From the IMG/VR virus record IMGVR_UViG_3300022839_000006, positions 124,001 through 188,000 of that record: a stretch of 64,000 nt of DNA; one strand, 5' to 3'. A program made the position numbers and the translations under genes. The notes below the pieces were generated by a model, which worked only from the letters and a program-made list of their open reading frames with translations, did no database searches and was not told where the DNA came from. Each line of letters starts with the position of its first letter. The first letter of the stretch is position 1. Positions 58,114 through 64,000 of the stretch are shown here, in pieces.

Positions 58114-59510
58114 ATAACCAACTGACAGACTTCTTTGAACAAGATGAACAAACACAGCGAAAGGATACTCCTCAAGTGTCAAAATCCACCGTTAAACCGT
58201 ATCCTCTTTCCGCACTTGCCAGCAACGAGTGGAAAGATTACGCAATGTACACCATCGAGTCGCGCGCAATCCCAAACATGATCGATGGCATGAAGCCTGT
58301 CAATCGGTTTTATCTTTATTCGTCCATCAAAAATTCTAAGAAGGAATTTAAGAAGGTGTCTGCCGTATCAGGTGTGGTCTCGGGATATGGCTACAACCAC
58401 GGCGAGACGTCTGCTGCTGCAGCGGGTCAGTTAATGGCAGCTGATTGGGCAAACAACATTTGTTTGATTCAAGGACGTGGTTCCTTTGGAACACGACTGG
58501 TTAATGATGCTGCTGCTCCACGATACACATATACGAAATTACACGACAACTTCGAGAAGTATATCAAGGATATCGACATTGCTCCTGTTCACAGTGACCC
58601 TGAGCACGAGCCTCCTGCATTCTACGTTCCGTCGATTCCTCTTGTTCTTGTAAATGGCATCAAGGGAATTGGTACGGGGTTCGCGACAAACATTCTACCA
58701 CGCGATCCTATTGAGCTCGCACGCGCATGTGAAGAATATATCAATACAGGTGACATTGTTAATAAGGTCAATCTGAAGTTTCCTGATTTTCGAGGAACAG
58801 TGTCATATGACGTTGAGAATGATCGTTATGTCAGTCGTGGTATTTTTGAACGTAAGGGCAAGACCATCGTCACGATTACTGAAGTTCCCTACGGTTACGA
58901 CAGAGAAAATTACGTGAAGATTCTTGATGTTCTTGAAGATAGGGACCTCATCGTTTCATACGACGATCTATGCGACAAGGACGGATTCAAATTTGAGGTC
59001 AAGCTCAAGCAAAGCACCTCATCAGGATGGAGCGATGAAAAGATTCTCACACAGTTTAAACTTGAGAAGATGTTCACAGAGAATCTTGTTGTGATCGATC
59101 ATGATGGAAAGTTGCGCGAGTATAAAGACGAGCGACAGTTGATTAAGGACTTTTGTGACTATCGCAACACTGTAATCGAAAAAAGAATTGCAAAAAGGAT
59201 CGAGGAGTGTGTTGAAGACACGAGATGGCTCAATGCTAAAATGCAATTTATTCAGGCGGTAATCGACAACAAGATCACGTTCAAGAATATGAAAAAAGAC
59301 CGTGTGGCAAAACAAATTGTTGACAACACGTCTGCCAAAGACGAAGATGTTGACAAGCTACTAAGAGTTAATATGATGAGTCTTACTGATGAGATGGTCA
59401 AACAGCTCGATAAAGAATGTCAAGACGCAGAAGTTCAATTGAAGTTTTGGTCCAAGACAACCATCAAGAAGCAGTTTCTCAACGACCTAAATCAATTACA
59501 AACAAATTAG
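58110..59510 (+). CDS. gp52: Type II topoisomerase medium subunit gp52
   Basis: RAIP..IDG.KP..R, Y.HGE, G.FG.R, catalytic AAPRY. Confidence 0.95.
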   Translation: MNNQLTDFFEQDEQTQRKDTPQVSKSTVKPYPLSALASNEWKDYAMYTIESRAIPNMIDGMKPVNRFYLYSSIKNSKKEFKKVSAVSGVVSGYGYNHGETSAAAAGQLMAADWANNICLIQGRGSFGTRLVNDAAAPRYTYTKLHDNFEKYIKDIDIAPVHSDPEHEPPAFYVPSIPLVLVNGIKGIGTGFATNILPRDPIELARACEEYINTGDIVNKVNLKFPDFRGTVSYDVENDRYVSRGIFERKGKTIVTITEVPYGYDRENYVKILDVLEDRDLIVSYDDLCDKDGFKFEVKLKQSTSSGWSDEKILTQFKLEKMFTENLVVIDHDGKLREYKDERQLIKDFCDYRNTVIEKRIAKRIEECVEDTRWLNAKMQFIQAVIDNKITFKNMKKDRVAKQIVDNTSAKDEDVDKLLRVNMMSLTDEMVKQLDKECQDAEVQLKFWSKTTIKKQFLNDLNQLQTN

Positions 59511-59522
59511 AGGAATTATAAA

Positions 59523-59942
59523 ATGGTAACTGTAGAACTAACGTGCGATCAAGCAGATGGCATCATACTAGCAGATCTAAAATCTGTTGTTAGAGGGATT
59601 CTTGACGATCCGTGGGAATGTCACCACAACCTTGATGAGACATCTAGCTGTGTGGATGGATTTCTGAAAGTGATTGAGTACTACACAGTGTCGAAGGAGT
59701 ATGAATATTTTGTTGAAACGTTGGATTTTAAAAAACTCAAAACAGTTTCGTCTTCGTCTGATAAAGTGGTAGGACGCGCAGAGGTTGTTGACATCACTGA
59801 AATGGAAGACGGTTCTGCAGTGGTAAATTTCAACGTCGATGTTGAAAATCAAGCGACGTTGATCGGAGAGGGATTCAAGTTCTTGATGATCAAAGCGGCA
59901 CTTGGCAAAACAGATGACGAGATCATGAAGGCGTTCGATTGA
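59523..59942 (+). CDS. Hypothetical protein
   Basis: 139-aa ORF with GAGG SD. Confidence 0.6.
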   Translation: MVTVELTCDQADGIILADLKSVVRGILDDPWECHHNLDETSSCVDGFLKVIEYYTVSKEYEYFVETLDFKKLKTVSSSSDKVVGRAEVVDITEMEDGSAVVNFNVDVENQATLIGEGFKFLMIKAALGKTDDEIMKAFD

Positions 59943-60352
59943 TTTACGAGGTTTACAACAAGCCTAAACGGATCGAGATTGCTTTCCTCGACAAAGCAAT
60001 CTCGTTTGCGTGCGATTACCTGCATGTTGATGTTGATGTTGTGTTAGAATTTAAAAAACTTAAAAAGCACGTCTACGGTTTTTGCGATTACGAACAGGAC
60101 GAAGTGGTCATTACTCTATCACAGCGACTGAACACAAATGACGTGGCGAGGACACTGTTCCACGAAATGGTTCACGTCAAACAGCACCATGATGGAAGGC
60201 TTGTACACGGACGTCCTAACACGTGGATGGGCGTTCCACACACAGAAATTTACGAGAATCTTCCATGGGAATTAGAGGCGTTCGACATCGAGAACAAAAT
60301 GGTAGAGTTGTTTAGTGTTGATAATTGCACACCACTGTTGTCAACCACATAA
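59939..60352 (+). CDS. Small zincin (HExxH) metalloprotease-like protein
   Basis: TLFHEMVHVKQ...Y...PWE.EA. Confidence 0.8.
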   Translation: MIYEVYNKPKRIEIAFLDKAISFACDYLHVDVDVVLEFKKLKKHVYGFCDYEQDEVVITLSQRLNTNDVARTLFHEMVHVKQHHDGRLVHGRPNTWMGVPHTEIYENLPWELEAFDIENKMVELFSVDNCTPLLSTT

Positions 60353-60364
60353 AGGAGAACGTAT

Positions 60365-61255
60365 ATGTCGTCCCGTGCACAGCTTATGAAGCAAAAAGGA
60401 TTGATCAGTCCTCCAAAATGGTTGACACCAAACATCCACTATGAAACCATTGCAGGCTCACAATCATATGGAATCAACTCAGACGATTCAGACATGGATA
60501 TTGTCGGTTTTTGTATTCCTCCCAAAGAGGATGTGTTTCCTCACCTCGCAGGCATTATCCCAGGGTTTGGAACACAAAGAGACAAGTTCAATGTGTGGCA
60601 ACAACATCATGTAACAGACAAAGAAACACGACAGGAATACGATTTTGCGATCTACTCTATTGTGTCCTATATGTCACTTGCAATGGACAACAATCCGAAC
60701 ATTCTCGATTCGCTGTTCACGCCTCAACGGTGTGTGCTGTTCTGTACCACTGTCGCACAGCTTGTTCGTGACAATAGAAAATCGTTCTTGCATAAAGGAA
60801 GCTATCAGAAGTTTAGAGGATATATGTTCAGCCAACTGCACAAAATTGGCACAAAGGCAAACTCTGCTAATGAGAAAAGAGCAGCAAACATTGCCAAGTT
60901 TGGTTTTTGTACAAAATTTGCAACACATACAATACGTCTCGGACTGCAATGCGAACAGATTCTTGTCGAGCACGATTTGGACATTGAATGTAATCGAGAA
61001 GTGCTTAAATCTGTTCGTCGTGGCGAATGGTCTTATGAAAGAATCAAAGAGTGGGCAACGCAGAAGGAACGACACCTTGATGACTTATATCAGAAGTCGA
61101 CACTTCAGCAGGGCCCAGACGAGCAAGCAATCAAAGAATTGTTGATGAGCTGTCTCGAGCAACATTATGGCTCTCTTAGCACAGCGGTCAAGCGTGAAGT
61201 CCCTTTAGATCGCATGGTCAACGAGCTTCAAGCGGTCATCGACAAGTATAGTTAA
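60365..61255 (+). CDS. Pol-beta superfamily nucleotidyltransferase (PF10127/NrdC.11-like)
   Basis: GS.SYG....SD.D..G, NPN.L..L, K.A.H..RL, .R.G. Confidence 0.85.
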   Translation: MSSRAQLMKQKGLISPPKWLTPNIHYETIAGSQSYGINSDDSDMDIVGFCIPPKEDVFPHLAGIIPGFGTQRDKFNVWQQHHVTDKETRQEYDFAIYSIVSYMSLAMDNNPNILDSLFTPQRCVLFCTTVAQLVRDNRKSFLHKGSYQKFRGYMFSQLHKIGTKANSANEKRAANIAKFGFCTKFATHTIRLGLQCEQILVEHDLDIECNREVLKSVRRGEWSYERIKEWATQKERHLDDLYQKSTLQQGPDEQAIKELLMSCLEQHYGSLSTAVKREVPLDRMVNELQAVIDKYS

Positions 61256-61545
61256 ATTTTATACTTGAGCATCGGATCGTGAGCCCATGTTATATCTGCA
61301 AATGTCAGATAACTGATAGCATCTAACTTTGTCATGTCAAACCATTCACCTTTCAACCGCTTGTAGCCAATGTCCTTGTGCAAGAATTTCTCTAATATGC
61401 GGACATTGTCCTCAGACACCTGTATAGTGTGATGCAAGTGTAGTGTTTCAGAGTTCCCTGTTTGCAATTGCTTCAGCCTTGCCTTAGGATTTTTGCTGAA
61501 CCCTATTTTTTGCTTCGTCTCAGTCCCAATCGCGTAGATTTCCAT
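61252..61545 (-). CDS. T5orf172/GIY-YIG domain protein
   Basis: IY.I...KIG.S.NP..RL.QLQTGN...E..LH....GEWF. Confidence 0.85.
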   Translation of the reverse strand: MEIYAIGTETKQKIGFSKNPKARLKQLQTGNSETLHLHHTIQVSEDNVRILEKFLHKDIGYKRLKGEWFDMTKLDAISYLTFADITWAHDPMLKYKI

Positions 61546-61636
61546 CACATTCTCCAATAAAACAATATTTATTAGAGTTGACTTTTGATTGTAACCGTTT
61601 TATGTTGTGTAGGAACCGTAGAGGATACGTCAACGC

Positions 61637-61876
61637 ATGACCTACACAAAAAAAACTTGCTCTGTATGTGGCCTTCGTTGTAACCAGTCTACAATGCGAA
61701 ACGAAAAGGTTTATGTCGAGACAGGAAAGTCCAAACAAGGCCTTTCATGGGCAACGTGGATTGGAGCGATACTCGGAAATCAAAAGAGTCGCCGAGCAGT
61801 ATGGACATGGATTTTTAATTCAGGCCAGAGAACCTATAGCAGAAAGAGAACTGTTTGGTTCTGCCAAAACTGCTAG
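61637..61876 (+). CDS. Small Zn-ribbon protein
   Basis: CSVC and CQNC; GAGGA SD; upstream TTGACT promoter. Confidence 0.55.
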   Translation: MTYTKKTCSVCGLRCNQSTMRNEKVYVETGKSKQGLSWATWIGAILGNQKSRRAVWTWIFNSGQRTYSRKRTVWFCQNC

Positions 61877-61963
61877 AGCATGTATAACAACCTCGTTGAC
61901 AAACATCCGCAGTCGAGGTAATAACAAGCATATAAAACAACATAGACGTGGAGTCGAAAAACA

Positions 61964-62188
61964 ATGGTTGTAGTAGCTTCTATTAAATTACTGAAGGTTG
62001 GTGAACCTGATTCTGTGATTATGGCCAACACAATCACAGATGAAATTCGAGGCGTTGTAGACGTTGTTCACACCGCAAACCATGTAATTTTCAAATTCAC
62101 AGATGTTAGACACGGCGGAACTTCTGAAGTTGCTTTCCGTGCTGATAGAGTGTTATCATACTACACCTTCTTCGAAGAGGAAGTATAA
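61964..62188 (+). CDS. Hypothetical protein
   Basis: GGAG SD; upstream TTGACA promoter. Confidence 0.55.
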   Translation: MVVVASIKLLKVGEPDSVIMANTITDEIRGVVDVVHTANHVIFKFTDVRHGGTSEVAFRADRVLSYYTFFEEEV

Positions 62189-62192
62189 ACAC

Positions 62193-62573
62193 ATGAAAAT
62201 CGAACTCACGTCCGATTTTGATACAAACGTTGTTGAGAGGTTTGTCACCTTTTTGTGTTCAGAATTGGACATTGTACCACGAGAGCTGACGATCGCAACA
62301 TATCGCATGTCTGATGCTGTAGGGATGTGCATTGATACGTCTCCAGACGAGTTTATCATTCTTGTTAATGAGGAAGAGAGACAACCGATTGACATTTTTG
62401 TCACAATTGCTCATGAGATGGTTCACGTGAAGCAGTACATGAAAGAGAATCTGGGGTGGTTTCTCGACAACCGATCTGATATTCCTTACATGAAACGGTG
62501 GTGGGAGGTGGAGGCTTACAAAGACTCTGTCACGTTGGTTGAAAAGTTTATACACACCATCCAAAAAAATTAA
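62193..62573 (+). CDS. Second HExxH metalloprotease-like protein (paralog of 59939..60352)
   Basis: TIAHEMVHVKQY...Y...WWE.EA. Confidence 0.8.
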   Translation: MKIELTSDFDTNVVERFVTFLCSELDIVPRELTIATYRMSDAVGMCIDTSPDEFIILVNEEERQPIDIFVTIAHEMVHVKQYMKENLGWFLDNRSDIPYMKRWWEVEAYKDSVTLVEKFIHTIQKN

Positions 62574-62616
62574 ATTGAAAAATTCCAAGTTTATTTGTCG
62601 AACTTGGAATTTTTGT

Positions 62617-62827
62617 TATAAATAAGCTTATAATTCCATTAGAGAGAAGAAAATGAACATTCTACGAACATCGACATCACTGCAGTATGGGAGACCGAAT
62701 AGTATCAATTCAGGTCGCATTCCATCCGTGAGTAATATAGCGAAGGCTGATTTAGAATAATAGAGTTTTTTATAAACATTTTTATTCTAAATCAGCCCTG
62801 ATATTGTTATCAGGGTTTTTTTGTTTT
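62617..62827 (+). promoter_or_regulatory. Leader-peptide transcription attenuator
   Basis: TATAAATA promoter; 35-codon uORF 62653-62760; 16-bp antiterminator 62745-62760/62782-62797 overlapping terminator CCCTGATA-TTGT-TATCAGGG-T7. Confidence 0.7.
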
Positions 62828-62931
62828 AACGGTTGATGAAAAGGATCGTTGAGTATACTATGAACACTACGGACATCCAAAAAAAGAAGTTTGAAACAAC
62901 ACTACGACTTGGTATTTTTTAGAAATACCAA

Positions 62932-62943
62932 CGCTCTTTAAAT
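62932..62943 (+). promoter_or_regulatory. boxA-like antitermination motif
   Basis: CGCTCTTTAAAT (cf. rrn boxA TGCTCTTTAACA), preceded by a hairpin and promoter TTGATG-N17-TACTAT (62833-62861). Confidence 0.55.
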
Positions 62944-62944
62944 C

Positions 62945-63225
62945 TAACTGTATCCTATGATCTTAGAGAATTTTCTCGATGATAGATTGAAAGCAAAGTT
63001 TTTGAATATACACTGTTCAAAAACTTTGCGTGAGGCAATAATTGGTGCACTGCTCTTCAGATTGTGTGGTGGTTGTTGCCTTCTGCTTTCACCTACATTG
63101 TCTCTAATCAACAAACAACGTAACTGAAAACAGAAGAACTCGTGGTACTGCATACTGCAGCTAAGTCGCCACACTTGTGGTCGAGCCTACCCCGTTGGTA
63201 GACAGTCTCTTTGGCTGTATACGAA
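62945..63225 (+). ncRNA. Putative structured non-coding RNA
   Basis: No + strand ORF in the track; stems 62993-63006/63016-63029 (14 bp), 63033-63042/63072-63081, 62988-62995/63084-63091. Confidence 0.45.
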
Positions 63226-63226
63226 T

Positions 63227-63307
63227 AGCATGACGCCAGATGTAGCTACCTGGAAGTGGACTATATAGTCAGTGACAATTAAACACGTTCGATTCGTGGT
63301 CATGCTC
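63227..63307 (+). ncRNA. tRNA-like RNA / degenerate tRNA
   Basis: Acceptor AGCATGAC/GTCATGCT, T-arm CACG-TTCGATT-CGTG, D-like stem CCAG/CTGG; anticodon arm irregular; no encoded CCA. Confidence 0.5.
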
Positions 63308-63393
63308 ACTTATTTCCTGACGCTTAGCGTTGACGTGCTAGGCGTCATAGTGTAAAAAGATGTAGCAATCAAAAAAGGTAAAGGAACTAGACA

Positions 63394-63609
63394 ATGATTC
63401 GGAACAAAATTGAAAAACGTGAAATCGTTTTGGACCTTACAGGGCCTGATGGCAATGCATATGCTCTAATGGGATATGCGAGAGACTTGGCAAAACAACT
63501 AGGGTTTGATCATGAGCTGATCATAAATGAAATGAAAAGTGGTGATTACGATAATCTCGTACTTACCTTTGATAGATACTTCGGACGTATCGTAACTTTG
63601 GAGCGTTAA
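63394..63609 (+). CDS. Conserved hypothetical phage protein
   Basis: DLTGPDGNAY.LMG...EM.SGDY..L...F motif. Confidence 0.7.
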   Translation: MIRNKIEKREIVLDLTGPDGNAYALMGYARDLAKQLGFDHELIINEMKSGDYDNLVLTFDRYFGRIVTLER

Positions 63610-63610
63610 T

Positions 63611-63775
63611 ATGGACGTTTATGAAACTAACGGCTTTGCGAATCGCGAAGAATATCTCGACACACTTGCAGAAGAGCATGGCCACATTGCTTTTGAACTT
63701 GCAGATCTTCTAGGTCCAACCGAAGACTTCGATGGGTTGGTCACGTCACTAGAAGATGTTGGTGACATGTGGTGA
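63611..63775 (+). CDS. Small acidic hypothetical protein (54 aa)
   Basis: Manual ORF MDVYETNGFANREEYLDTLAEE...LLGPTEDFDGLVTSLED. Confidence 0.6.
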   Translation: MDVYETNGFANREEYLDTLAEEHGHIAFELADLLGPTEDFDGLVTSLEDVGDMW

Positions 63776-63825
63776 TGTACTTTATTGTCAGTAGCGGAAC
63801 AACTAAGAAAAATAAAATGTAGTCG

Positions 63826-63886
63826 TTGACAAAGCTGTACAAATAAGTTACAATGAACGTATCAGATAATAACACACTCTTTGAAA
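63826..63886 (+). promoter_or_regulatory. Strong sigma70 promoter plus second boxA-like motif
   Basis: TTGACA-N17-TACAAT, then CACTCTTTGAAA at 63875-63886. Confidence 0.65.
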
Positions 63887-64000
63887 CCAACTACAAACGT
63901 TGTTAGGTTGAAAGATGATTAAGTATGGATAGTATCCTGTAAACCTTAATTGAAATTCTTTCTGTTCTCTACTGCATGTTAGGTATAGTCTACTTGAAAG

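Noticed and set aside
62945-63307. tmRNA or RNase P RNA
   Set aside because: The acceptor stem closes locally (63227/63306), and no tag ORF or RNase P P4 consensus was recognised.

Overview
A 64-kb segment of a T4-like myovirus genome with a cyanophage/alphaproteobacterial-phage style gene order; the host cannot be determined from sequence. From left to right it holds: (1) a baseplate/tail module (VrlC/DUF4815, gp8, gp7, gp6, gp25, an M15 peptidase protein, gp5, gp27-like, split gp53, gp48, gp4, gp2, gp54, gp26, gp51, tape measure); (2) replication genes (dut, regA, gp62, gp44, gp45); (3) a 7-deazaguanine DNA-modification cluster (queD, queE, PRTase, folE, DpdL-like, TGT/DpdA-like, second dUTPase-fold protein; no queC in the window) whose leaders carry preQ1-riboswitch-like pseudoknots; (4) a gp43 polymerase split inside its exonuclease domain, then gp46, gp47, gp55; (5) a 1.2-kaa PARP-type ADP-ribosyltransferase; (6) a uvsW helicase fractured by an HNH endonuclease, with intein-like adaptors lacking splicing residues; (7) an accessory region with tRNA/translation functions (CCA enzyme, TilS, nucleotidyltransferase, macrodomain, an ArfA-like ORF with its stop codon in a hairpin loop) and topoisomerase II; (8) a leader-peptide attenuator upstream of boxA-containing structured and tRNA-like RNAs. 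The most novel-looking signals are the candidate riboswitches on the DNA-modification pathway, the two translation-sensing switches, and the split replication enzymes. All family calls rest on motif recognition by eye; no database searches were run.
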